Assembly: GCA_021787595.1 (NCBI GenBank)
Contig: JAJYLQ010000003.1
Coordinates: 80,852-144,851, forward strand
Source: Chloroflexota bacterium
Lineage (GTDB): Bacteria > Chloroflexota > Anaerolineae > Anaerolineales > Villigracilaceae
Length of the DNA: 64,000 bases
Reading direction: 5' to 3'
Every line of letters starts with the position of its first letter. Position 1 is the stretch's first letter. Shown here one piece after another: positions 19,477-28,275 of this stretch. The notes beneath the pieces were generated by a model, which was given only the letters and a program-made list of their open reading frames with translations, ran no database searches and was not told where the DNA came from. A program made the position numbers and the translations under genes.

Positions 19477-19767
19477 ATGATAACGAAAAAATTTTCCAAA
19501 AAACAAATAACCGTCTTGATCTTTGCAATGGGAATCATTTTGGCGTTGGCAGCCGCTGTGACGAATACCATCGTCTCACGCGCGGACGTTTTAGCGGACT
19601 CCGTTTCACAGGCCGGACCCGCAGCCCAATATCAAATCACGCCAACTCCGACGCCCGAGGGGATCTCGCATCCCGGCTCGACCGATGGGATCATGTTGAT
19701 GGGGATCATCATCGTGATCATCGTCCTGCTTCCAATCGTCTTGCGTCGAGACACATGGACAAAATAA
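19477..19767 (+). CDS. Small membrane protein (2 predicted TM), unknown function
   Basis: ATG start. Hydrophobic N- and C-terminal segments with a Pro/Thr linker. Divergent from actA. Confidence 0.4.
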   Translation: MITKKFSKKQITVLIFAMGIILALAAAVTNTIVSRADVLADSVSQAGPAAQYQITPTPTPEGISHPGSTDGIMLMGIIIVIIVLLPIVLRRDTWTK

Positions 19768-19792
19768 CGCTCTAAAGTGATTTGCAATTGGT

Positions 19793-20923
19793 TCAACCAG
19801 TTGGCTTCCAATTCTTCGCCATTTCGATTCGTTCAGCCAGCGGCGGATGCGAATAGAACATGAACACCACCCATTTCTCCGGGTCCACCTCGCCCAAATT
19901 TTGATTCGCCAAGCGAACGAACGCCGAGCCAAATGCTTCGTTCTTCCCGGTGGATTCAAGCGAGTATTCATCTGCCATGCGCTCGCGCCAGCGCGAGACG
20001 GCGTTATCGAGCGGTGACGTGACAAAGCCATAGATGCCGAGGATCAATCCAAGCGCAGGAAAAGCTGCGATATCGCCCACGCCGGAAAATCCGAGGAACG
20101 AAACTGCCCAATTCATCGCCAGCGACGCTAAAAAGAAACCGATCATGGTCATGAGGGTTCCGAACCCGATCAAGAGCGGAATATCGCGATGGACCTGATG
20201 TCCCAGTTCGTGAGCCAGCACCGCTTCGATTTCATCGGGAGTGAACTCATTGATCAACGTGTCGCCCAGCACAATGCGGCGCGTGTTGCCGATGCCGGTC
20301 AACGCCGCGTTGGCAGATTTTGTCCGGCGAGACATGTCGAATTTATAAACACCTTTGACTTTGGTATTTGCCTTCTCGGCCAGCTTCATCAAACGGTCAG
20401 CCAAATCTTTATGTTCCTCGCCGAGCGGAACAAATTTATTGAAGATCGGCATAATCAAAATCGGCGCAAGGTTCGATAACAAAACATTGAAGACCAGTAA
20501 CCCGCCCGCCGCCCACAGCCACCAGAAATTTCCGGCGGCGCGCAATGCCAGATAAAACAGTTCGATCAGGATCAATCCGATTGGCAATCCAATTGCCAGC
20601 CCTTTGAGTTCGTCCACGATCCAATCTTTGAGCAATTGCGTGGATTGATCGAAACGATGCGGCAAAACGAAACCGGAATAGTAACTCAATGGCAGATCAA
20701 TGACAAAATAGATTCCGCCAAATACAAACAGGAAGAACGGCACAAGCAGCCATTGATTCATTGTGAAACCGGTCAGCCAGTTGCGGAGGGAAAGGCTCCA
20801 GCCAAAGGCGAGCCAGGCCAGGGTGTAGAGTCCGCCCAGGGTGATGTCAACCAGCCAAAGTCGGCGCGAGATGCGTGCGTATTCTTTTGCTTTCTTCTGT
20901 CGTTCAGGATCCAGAGTCGTCAT
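19793..20923 (-). CDS. M48-family (Ste24/HtpX-like) membrane zinc metalloprotease
   Basis: HELGHQVH zinc motif after multiple TM helices. Downstream EADEY-like MADEYS. Confidence 0.8.
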   Translation of the reverse strand: MTTLDPERQKKAKEYARISRRLWLVDITLGGLYTLAWLAFGWSLSLRNWLTGFTMNQWLLVPFFLFVFGGIYFVIDLPLSYYSGFVLPHRFDQSTQLLKDWIVDELKGLAIGLPIGLILIELFYLALRAAGNFWWLWAAGGLLVFNVLLSNLAPILIMPIFNKFVPLGEEHKDLADRLMKLAEKANTKVKGVYKFDMSRRTKSANAALTGIGNTRRIVLGDTLINEFTPDEIEAVLAHELGHQVHRDIPLLIGFGTLMTMIGFFLASLAMNWAVSFLGFSGVGDIAAFPALGLILGIYGFVTSPLDNAVSRWRERMADEYSLESTGKNEAFGSAFVRLANQNLGEVDPEKWVVFMFYSHPPLAERIEMAKNWKPTG

Positions 20924-20937
20924 AAAACCCTTTCCTT

Positions 20938-21050
20938 ATGTCATTGCGACACCCGCATCGCGGGTCGTGGCAATCTCATCTTCCCTGCAAACGACTGTTT
21001 GAAGTTCTCGGAGATTGCTTCGTGGCGCCTTGGCGCCACTCGCAACGACG
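20938..21050. repeat. Family-A palindromic repeat
   Basis: ATGTCATTGCGAC...GGCAATCTC (20938-20977) and GAGATTGCT...CTCGCAACGACG (21011-21050). Confidence 0.8.
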
Positions 21051-21986
21051 TTAGATTTTTCCGCGCGCTTTCATTTCCATGGGCAGCAAAGCCGCATAGA
21101 TAAAATCGTTAACGGGCGTCGGAATCTTCAATTCGCGTCCCATGCGGACGACCGCGCCGGTTTGATTATCCAGCTCGGACGGCCTGCCATCCATGATGGC
21201 TTTCTGCATCGAAGCGAAAACGCCGGCAGCCTTGGTGTCAATTTCGTTCGCCAGAATCTTTTGAGCGGAATCTTTATCGAAGGCGATGCCGCGCGCCCGC
21301 GCAACCTGAACGACTTCGTCCAGCACGGAGAGCAGCAGGGCGCGCGTTTCAGGCACGGAACGATATATGCCCATCGGCTGACGCGTGACCGCGCCGACGC
21401 CGCTGGTTCCCGCAATGAAAATAAATTTCTCCCACATCGCGACCCGAATATCATCCGGCACATCTGCTTTGATCTCAGGGATACCAGTGAAAATCCTGAG
21501 CAAATTACTGACACGCGCCGAATGAGAGCGATCCAATTCACCCATCGCGATATGCGGCTGAATGCCGACATGCCTGATATATCCCGGCTCCGCGATGAAC
21601 GTGCTGATATGAGTCAAACCGCCGACTACGCGTTTTTGTCCGAAGGCATTGACCAGTTGATCGGTGGGTTCGATGCCGTTGCCCAGCCAGATGGCAAATG
21701 AGTTCTCCCCCATCAACGGCTTCATCTGTTCAATGGCTTCGGGAACGCTGTAAGCTTTGGTGCAGACGAATACCGCATCAACAACTCCAACTTCAGCCGG
21801 GTTGTCTGTTGCCTTCGCAGGCTGGAGGACAAAATTGCCGAGGATGCTATCAATGCGCAATCCGTTTTTCTGAATGGCTTTGAGATGTTCGCCGCGGGCG
21901 ACGAACGTCACATCTTCGCCTGCTTGTGAGAGCTTGCCGCCAAAATATCCGCCGACACCGCCGGTTCCGAAAATAGCAAATTTCAT
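21051..21986 (-). CDS. panE: 2-dehydropantoate 2-reductase (ketopantoate reductase family)
   Basis: N-terminal Rossmann motif MKFAIFGTGGVGGYFGG. ApbA C-terminal-like region. Confidence 0.8.
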   Translation of the reverse strand: MKFAIFGTGGVGGYFGGKLSQAGEDVTFVARGEHLKAIQKNGLRIDSILGNFVLQPAKATDNPAEVGVVDAVFVCTKAYSVPEAIEQMKPLMGENSFAIWLGNGIEPTDQLVNAFGQKRVVGGLTHISTFIAEPGYIRHVGIQPHIAMGELDRSHSARVSNLLRIFTGIPEIKADVPDDIRVAMWEKFIFIAGTSGVGAVTRQPMGIYRSVPETRALLLSVLDEVVQVARARGIAFDKDSAQKILANEIDTKAAGVFASMQKAIMDGRPSELDNQTGAVVRMGRELKIPTPVNDFIYAALLPMEMKARGKI

Positions 21987-22008
21987 ATCACCTCTCTTAT
22001 TCTTTGAA

Positions 22009-22159
22009 ATGTCATTGCGAACGCTGGTCGAGTAGTGACGCTTTGGGCGTCACGTATCGAGACGAGTGTGGCAATCTCCTATTTCATGTTAGTTGAGATT
22101 GCCACGTTGCCGCTTGCCCTTCGACAAGCTCAGGGCGACGCGGCTCCTCGCAACGACAT
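22009..22159. repeat. Family-A palindromic repeat, long variant
   Basis: ATGTCATTGCGA...GGCAATCTC and GAGATTGCC...CTCGCAACGACAT, with extra internal hairpins (GTGACGCTTTGGGCGTCAC). Confidence 0.8.
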
Positions 22160-22163
22160 GAAT

Positions 22164-22730
22164 CTATTTCTTTTCCTGCTCTGCCGCGAGACGCGCGATG
22201 ACTTGATCCGTAGACAACACTTCGCCGTACGATTTCAACGCAGCGAGGAAAGCCTTATGCACATGATCCGCAGGGATCACAGTATCAGCATACTTTAGAT
22301 CGCGCGTGGCGCACGCATCTTCCGCCACGACGACCTGAAAGCCCAAATCCGCGGCAGCGCGGGACGTGGCGTCCACGCACATGTGCGTCATCATGCCGGT
22401 GATGATGACGCGTTCCGTTCCCCAGCCTTTGAGCATCTCGAGCAGATTCGTTTCGCGGAAAGAATTGGGATAATGTTTGATGACCAGCGGCTCGCCCTCG
22501 AAGTGCGCCACAGAATCGTGAATGTCTGTGCCATTCGTGCCAGGAAGGAAAAACGTCGCGGTCGGTTTGAGCGCAACATGCTGGATGTGAACATGTTGCC
22601 CGCCGTGTTCGCGGAAACATTGAAGCAGTTCGTATGCTTTCTTCGCGGCATCCAGCGGCTTGACCAATTCCATCCGCCCGCCGGGGAAATAATCTTTTTG
22701 AATGTCAATGAGAAGTAGAGCGGTGTTCAT
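22164..22730 (-). CDS. Isochorismatase-family cysteine hydrolase
   Basis: LLLIDIQKDY at the N-terminus and the nucleophile context GMMTHMCVDAT. Confidence 0.8.
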   Translation of the reverse strand: MNTALLLIDIQKDYFPGGRMELVKPLDAAKKAYELLQCFREHGGQHVHIQHVALKPTATFFLPGTNGTDIHDSVAHFEGEPLVIKHYPNSFRETNLLEMLKGWGTERVIITGMMTHMCVDATSRAAADLGFQVVVAEDACATRDLKYADTVIPADHVHKAFLAALKSYGEVLSTDQVIARLAAEQEKK

Positions 22731-22810
22731 AACACGATTTCCTTTTTGATGGACGGATTTCTCGCAGACAAATAATTAATACGCCGCTGTAGCTTTTTGT
22801 TTTCAATGGT

Positions 22811-23758
22811 TTATAAATTGCAAAGCCAATGCGAAATGGATGCTATTTGACTCTCTTCGTTAAGATTTGCTGCGTTTGAAAGTTCGCCGTTTTTCAATTC
22901 GTTCCAAATTTCAACAGCCATCTTTTTCTCGACAGCCGCACCAATAAAGAAAGTATGTGGCTTGAGTTTTGCTTTAGTGAAAGATCTGCGGATTCTTTCC
23001 AAAGCAGTCCTGGCTGTTTTCCAATGTTCGTCTGCGCCTGCCGGGTCAATGCCACCTTTTAATTCACCCAGAGCAAGATAACTTTTCGATTTCGTTTCAT
23101 CCAAGTTATCTGGCAAGGAATTGAAAAGACACAAATCTACATTATTTTTAACCAGTGGAACGGTTAGGTTGTAGATCAACGTACGATGTTTGTTTCCATT
23201 TTTCCAATATAGACCGCGTAGAGAAGATTCGATTTCGAGGTCGTCGCCATTTTCAAACCAATTGCGACTCTTGTTATCCTGCCATTGATATTGAATGCCA
23301 GCGATTTTCAGCGTTGAAAGAATCGCCCTTGTGAGTTTCCTTTGTGCTAGGATGCCGCCAATATTCCTCATCGAACCGCCAAGTGTATCGCCGCGTATCA
23401 AAAGGAAACGAAAGACAAGCTCCTCAACAAATTTTGCTCCCGCTGGTTCAAGAAAGTTTTTGATGAGTTCTTTTACAGCGGTTACTTTATCTTCAGGCCG
23501 CAGATGAATAACGGATTTATCTGAAAGTCCCGCCGCAGTTAACAGCGCGCTTTCAATGCCTTTGATCTTTAATAGATCATTTGGATTTCTCGCTTGTAAT
23601 GCCGCTTCTTGTAAAGCTCTTGCTTCCGCTACAAATGGTGTTGCCCGGTTGTTCTTTTCAAGGGCTTGAGTAACAAAACCAGCTCGTGTAGCTTCATAAG
23701 TAGTTTCAAGGTTCTCGCTTGAATTCAAATGACGAAGATAAGGCGGCTTGACAGGCAT
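22811..23758 (-). CDS. Putative type II restriction endonuclease (PD-(D/E)xK-like), family unassigned
   Basis: ATG shares one base with the methylase stop (TAATG). Candidate catalytic pair VDLCLF ... GELKGG. AT-rich like the methylase gene. Confidence 0.5.
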   Translation of the reverse strand: MPVKPPYLRHLNSSENLETTYEATRAGFVTQALEKNNRATPFVAEARALQEAALQARNPNDLLKIKGIESALLTAAGLSDKSVIHLRPEDKVTAVKELIKNFLEPAGAKFVEELVFRFLLIRGDTLGGSMRNIGGILAQRKLTRAILSTLKIAGIQYQWQDNKSRNWFENGDDLEIESSLRGLYWKNGNKHRTLIYNLTVPLVKNNVDLCLFNSLPDNLDETKSKSYLALGELKGGIDPAGADEHWKTARTALERIRRSFTKAKLKPHTFFIGAAVEKKMAVEIWNELKNGELSNAANLNEESQIASISHWLCNL

Positions 23759-25194
23759 TAGACTTTCCTCCAAATATAGATGCATTTGCGTAATTCATCT
23801 CTGCCATGTTCTCCCATTTGCTGACTGCTGTTCCCTTTACCGCTTGGAAGAACGAGAATGTTCTCAACGCGAAAACCAAGTCGCTCGGCAATGGCTGAAA
23901 GAATCATATCAACAGAAATGCTTGCTCCAGCATAACGCACGTTGTCGTTAACCATGATGAGCGGCGCATTCGTTTTTATCACGCGGGCGCACTCGAAAAT
24001 AATACAGGCCATTTCGTAGAAATAACCGCGAACCATGCGTGGAATGCCATTATTGTTTAATAAACCATTTGCTTTCTGATTTTCCAAATATTTGAGAATT
24101 GCCTGCAAAAGTTCTTGCTGGTCAGCAGCAATAATAGCATTTGACCATTTGGGATTGATTTTCAGTAAATCCTTTGCTCGATTTTCAACAGTGCAACTCA
24201 ACATTTCTTGGCGTAAACCAACCAGCCCTTTTTCGTTTATGTTGAGCAGTGCAAGCTCGAGGGCATAGGTACGCGTGTAGTCGTAGCGATTGCAATAAGG
24301 TGGCGAAGTAATTATTGCATCATAAACACTTTTAGGGAGTTGCGGCATTATTTCGAGCGATGATCCGGTCAGGAGATTGATCTTCCCCTGGAGAATTGGC
24401 CTAGGGAATAAACTTCTTTGAACAGGTTCCGTTGGGCGCAAGTCAACAAGAATTTCATTGATCTTTTCCGAGATGGCAGATTCAAAATCTGCGATTACGC
24501 CTTTATCAAATGGTTTCTTTCCCTGTTTTCTTCCTGAGCGATAATCCCATCGCAAATATTGACCGTCTTTGCGAGTGTAGCTGGATATTTCAAGAACGCA
24601 TAAAAGCGCAAAATGCAAAACAGTCTTTACACGAGGATTTTCTTTTTCACTGGCTGCAAGAAACCTTTCAATAGCATCTTTAGTATTTTCGGGGTAAGCG
24701 CCTTTAGTAATCCTTAATTCGTTTAACGGAACTTTTTCTTCTACACCTTTCCAAGGATTAAGCTTAGCCCAACGCTGAAGTTCATCAAAATCACTCGCAG
24801 TGAATTCTTTTTCAACTAACTGCTTGGTAGTAATGATTTGCTGACCGATGGGAAGTAATTCAATACCATCAGAATCTAACCCTAATTTGCTCGCGGCAAA
24901 CAAGGCCGTCCCGCTTCCTGCAAACGGGTCTAAGATTTTTCCTGACGAAACGCCATACTTTTCGAAAAGATGCTCAATGAGTGATGCAGAAAATCCCTCT
25001 TTGTACTTATACCAACGATAAATAGGGCGATTCTTGTTCGCCCGAAAACTGACTAGAGAACGGGTGAGCGAAGGTTGAACATATAACTTGGGCTTGAAAT
25101 ATCGTTCAAGTTCTTTATCCAGCTTTTCTATTTCATCCAACCCAATGGAAGGAAATGCTCGTAATTGTAGTTCTAGGGATAAGTTGGTAGCCAC
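23758..25194 (-). CDS. N6-adenine/N4-cytosine DNA methyltransferase (alpha-type motif order)
   Basis: AdoMet motif [10 protein letters not shown] near the N-terminus and catalytic motif IV TSPPY about 200 residues later. GTG start in the ORF track. Confidence 0.8.
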   Translation of the reverse strand: MATNLSLELQLRAFPSIGLDEIEKLDKELERYFKPKLYVQPSLTRSLVSFRANKNRPIYRWYKYKEGFSASLIEHLFEKYGVSSGKILDPFAGSGTALFAASKLGLDSDGIELLPIGQQIITTKQLVEKEFTASDFDELQRWAKLNPWKGVEEKVPLNELRITKGAYPENTKDAIERFLAASEKENPRVKTVLHFALLCVLEISSYTRKDGQYLRWDYRSGRKQGKKPFDKGVIADFESAISEKINEILVDLRPTEPVQRSLFPRPILQGKINLLTGSSLEIMPQLPKSVYDAIITSPPYCNRYDYTRTYALELALLNINEKGLVGLRQEMLSCTVENRAKDLLKINPKWSNAIIAADQQELLQAILKYLENQKANGLLNNNGIPRMVRGYFYEMACIIFECARVIKTNAPLIMVNDNVRYAGASISVDMILSAIAERLGFRVENILVLPSGKGNSSQQMGEHGRDELRKCIYIWRKV

Positions 25195-25261
25195 GATAAC
25201 ATTTTACAACAAATCTACCATTTCTCCCAATGCGCAATTTTATTCAATAATCTTCTTCCAA

Positions 25262-25294
25262 TTTACTTCCTCCCAAAATCCGCGGGGTTCTCGC
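25262..25294. repeat. Direct repeat A: duplicate of the last codons plus stop of the RNase HI gene
   Basis: TTTACTTCCTCCCAAAATCCGCGGGGTTCTC matches 25871-25903 with 2 mismatches over about 33 nt. The reverse strand reads ENPADFGRK*. Confidence 0.8.
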
Positions 25295-25306
25295 GAAGGT
25301 GGGTGT

Positions 25307-25494
25307 TTATTTGACTTTGAGCTTTCTTCTTACAAACGCGCGTACCCTTGTTGCTGCTTTGAATGCTTCCTCAGCAGTCTCCGCTTTAACGATTGCGCCC
25401 GGATATCGGGCACATCCCCGGAACGAAGAAGGATGTCTGCACTATAAAAGTCATTATCGGCTTTCGTTACCCATTCACCGGTCACTTCGTTCAT
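25307..25494 (-). pseudogene. HEPN-domain toxin remnant (internal deletion plus frameshift)
   Basis: N-terminal piece MNEVTGEWVTKADNDFYSADILL. HEPN-like C-terminal piece AETAEEAFKAATRVRAFVRRKL in another frame (25307-25384). Only about 62 codons in total. No Rx4-6H region. Confidence 0.6.
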
Positions 25495-25849
25495 AGAGAA
25501 CTCTCCCCTTCTCCGTGATGTCAACCAAAAACCAGTCGCCAAGTTTCTTCCGTCTTTCGATCACTTTTCGCGAGCGAACAATAACGTCCAAGCCAAAATT
25601 CAACAATGGCAGCGACTCTCTGATTTCAAGTGACTTCTCGAATTCTTTTTCCTTTGGCGTGTCCATTACCACCAGCAAATCCACATCGCTCCACTCATTC
25701 GGCCTGCCATACGCGTGGGAACCGAATAGGATGACCTGATCAGGATTAAATTTCTCCGCAATATATTTCGCGAGCGCGCGGATTGCTCTCATGGGAATGC
25801 GCTTGCGCTTGTTGGGCGGAGGAACCTGTAAAACAGCCGGTGTTGTCAT
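25475..25849 (-). CDS. Minimal nucleotidyltransferase (MNT) antitoxin-like protein
   Basis: VILFGSHAYGRPNEWSDVDLLVV (GS...DxD nucleotidyltransferase motif). 3' end overlaps the HEPN remnant start. Start could also be the TTG at 25885. Confidence 0.75.
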   Translation of the reverse strand: MTTPAVLQVPPPNKRKRIPMRAIRALAKYIAEKFNPDQVILFGSHAYGRPNEWSDVDLLVVMDTPKEKEFEKSLEIRESLPLLNFGLDVIVRSRKVIERRKKLGDWFLVDITEKGRVLYERSDR

Positions 25850-25870
25850 GTTTGGATTATAGGACAACCG

Positions 25871-25903
25871 TTTACTTCCTCCCAAAATCTGCGGGGTTTT
25901 CGC
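25871..25903. repeat. Direct repeat B (authentic 3' end of the RNase HI gene)
   Basis: Partner of repeat A. Encodes GENPADFGRK*. Confidence 0.8.
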
Positions 25904-26489
25904 CCCAAGCTTGCGTGTCCCATTTCAAAACCTTGAATGTTTTTGACGAATGAAGGTTTTCTTCCGCACGCGCGATCAAATCGAATAACAATTTATTGGA
26001 TGGCAAACGCTCAAGTTTGGTATTGCACTTTTTCGCTTTGATCCACGCAATGGCATTTTCCGAATCAGAATAAACCGGCCAATCGAGTTTATTTTTTGAA
26101 AGCCAGCCAAAAGCCAGAACGATGGCGAGAAATTCGCCGATGTTATTCGTCCCATCGGCAAAAGGACCGGCGTGAAAGATCTGCTCGCCGCTTTCGGTCT
26201 TGACGCCGCGATATTCGAGGCGGCCGGGCGAACCATCACAGGCCGCGTCCACGCACAGGCTGGGAAGGATCGGCGGATTCGGGGCGAAGAGCCATTTTTG
26301 AGTCGAAGCCGGTTTGCCCTTGTAATCCGCATACGACGCGGCGAAAGCGCGTTCGGCCTCGGCGCGCGAATCAAAAGCTTTGAATTGCGCGTCCGTAAAG
26401 CCCTTGACCTGCGCTTCGCATTCAGACCATGATGGAAAGAATCCGGTTTTGCGTCCCTTCCACACAACGTAAAACTTTTGTTTTGACAT
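25872..26489 (-). CDS. rnhA: Ribonuclease HI with N-terminal hybrid-binding domain
   Basis: N-terminal KFYVVWKGRKTGFFPSWSECEAQVKGF (RNase H1 HBD-like). Catalytic core CVDAACDG ... NNIGEF ... YSDSENAI. Confidence 0.8.
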   Translation of the reverse strand: MSKQKFYVVWKGRKTGFFPSWSECEAQVKGFTDAQFKAFDSRAEAERAFAASYADYKGKPASTQKWLFAPNPPILPSLCVDAACDGSPGRLEYRGVKTESGEQIFHAGPFADGTNNIGEFLAIVLAFGWLSKNKLDWPVYSDSENAIAWIKAKKCNTKLERLPSNKLLFDLIARAEENLHSSKTFKVLKWDTQAWGENPADFGRK

Positions 26490-26514
26490 CTTTAATCGGG
26501 CGAACCATCCGCCC

Positions 26515-26919
26515 CTACTCTTCCGCCCAACCGTGTTCCTCGACCGCTTCGAAAATATCCGTGGCAGAGATCATCCCAACCAAAATTCCATGCACATCCG
26601 CCACCGGCATGTGATGAAAATGATTCTTTTGCATGATGATCGAACATTCCTTCAACGTCCAATCGGGGTTGGCGGTGATGATCGGCCCAGACATGATCTC
26701 GCGCACGGCCGTTTCCACCGGGCTGCGATCCGCGGCCACGATCTTGTCGCGGATGTCGGTGGTGGTGACAATCCCATACGCTGGATTCTTGTCGGAAATA
26801 TCCACGACCACGCTGTGAATATTGCGGCGGCGCATCAGCGTCATGGTGTGCGAGACGCTCGAATCAGCATCCACGACAACCACCGGACTGCTCATCCAGT
26901 CGCGTACAGTGTTTGGCAT
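26515..26919 (-). CDS. CBS-domain pair protein
   Basis: GGAGAG RBS then ATG at 26919. Two CBS repeats (VRDWMSSPVVVVD ..., VREIMSGPIITANPD ...). Confidence 0.75.
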   Translation of the reverse strand: MPNTVRDWMSSPVVVVDADSSVSHTMTLMRRRNIHSVVVDISDKNPAYGIVTTTDIRDKIVAADRSPVETAVREIMSGPIITANPDWTLKECSIIMQKNHFHHMPVADVHGILVGMISATDIFEAVEEHGWAEE

Positions 26920-26972
26920 AAGTTCTCTCCTCTGGCAATAGATCGAGTTCGTCCAATTATATGGTAATTTCA

Positions 26973-28253
26973 TCAGGGCAGGACATTCACCGGGAGCTCG
27001 TCCCAGGTTGAGCCGCCGTCCATTGTTCGATAAAGATGGCTGGTGTCTTTATCGGAAATAATTGCCCAGCCGTGTGACACATCAACGAAAGCCAGTTGCG
27101 TCAGGTAGCGATCCGTTCCTTCGCGGCCAAAATCAATGCCGGGTGTGATCGTTAGCCAGCCCAACGCGCCGTCATGCGTCACACACAGATTCGATCCGCA
27201 TGGCACAAACCAATCCTTCACGGAAACGATGTCCAATTGCGGATGATACGCATCCACATCCCGAACGAGGGCCGGCCTCATGAACCACGTCAAGCCGCCA
27301 TCGCTGGTGGCGTAAACAAAAAGCACGCTGAAGTCAAAGGTACTACCATCCGCATTTTGTTTCATTGTGACAGCCGGCAGCAGGCCGTTCATGCGGTCAA
27401 AAAAGATTGGTGACCCGGGTTCCACCAAACCCGTGGAAAGTTTATTGGATGGCAGAGGCAGATTGAGATCCTGCCAGGTCCTTCCCAAGTTCATCGTTAT
27501 CGAAAAACGAAGCGCACCACCGGGCGCGGTGGCTAAATCGCCGAAGGTGGTAACAACTCTCGACGGCGGATAAAAATTCAACGCGTCTCCGCAGATGTTA
27601 CAGAGATGAATCGTCCCGGCAGGCAGGTTTGCCTCGGGATGTTCCGGGTTGATGACAAGCGGCTTCCACGATTTGCCGCCATCCATCGTTTCGAAAACGC
27701 GCAGCAAAGCGTTTCCCGCGCCGATGTCCGCCGTCTCTGCCCAGCCGTAAGTCTGATTCAAAAAATGATAATTCGCATCCGGGCCGACGATTTGATCGAA
27801 CACCGTCCACGATTTGCCGCCATCGGTCGTATGGATCAAACCGGCCGAGTTCGTATTCGCATCAAACGTGGACAACCAGGCGGTTTGCGCGTCAAGGAAA
27901 AAACTTCTGCCTCGGCTATATGGAAAAGCGCGCGGCGAAAGATCAGACCAGGTCTGCCCGCCATCCGTGGTTCGCAGCAAATGATCCCGGCTGCCGTCAT
28001 TGACTCCCGCCCAGGCCCAGCCGCTATTGGCGTCGAACATGTGAATTTCAGAAATGGAATATACCCGGCCGGGCAGTGAAGTGGGCGACTCGGTCGAAGG
28101 ACTGGAATTGGCTGGAGCTGACGTTTCGATGCTTGGCGTGGGTGCGGCGGCGGGCACACTTTGTGATGGCGCTGTTAAAGGAAGCAGCGATCCGCAGGCC
28201 GGGAGACTCGACAAAAGCAGCAACACGATCCATGCAGGAAGTTTGTTTCTCAC
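26973..28253 (-). CDS. BNR/Ycf48-like beta-propeller lipoprotein
   Basis: Repeated (T/S/M)DGGxxW motifs. Lipobox LPAC after a GTG at 28253. The longer ORF-track extension would overlap the upstream gene. Confidence 0.6.
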   Translation of the reverse strand: MRNKLPAWIVLLLLSSLPACGSLLPLTAPSQSVPAAAPTPSIETSAPANSSPSTESPTSLPGRVYSISEIHMFDANSGWAWAGVNDGSRDHLLRTTDGGQTWSDLSPRAFPYSRGRSFFLDAQTAWLSTFDANTNSAGLIHTTDGGKSWTVFDQIVGPDANYHFLNQTYGWAETADIGAGNALLRVFETMDGGKSWKPLVINPEHPEANLPAGTIHLCNICGDALNFYPPSRVVTTFGDLATAPGGALRFSITMNLGRTWQDLNLPLPSNKLSTGLVEPGSPIFFDRMNGLLPAVTMKQNADGSTFDFSVLFVYATSDGGLTWFMRPALVRDVDAYHPQLDIVSVKDWFVPCGSNLCVTHDGALGWLTITPGIDFGREGTDRYLTQLAFVDVSHGWAIISDKDTSHLYRTMDGGSTWDELPVNVLP

Positions 28254-28275
28254 ATCGCCTCTGATAAATTCTAAC

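Noticed and set aside
22735-26489. Whether the R-M genes, TA cassette and RNase H form a prophage or integrative element with an integrase or reverse transcriptase.
   Set aside because: No integrase, recombinase, RT or phage structural genes are present. The RNase HI has an ordinary cellular-type HBD-plus-RNase H architecture.
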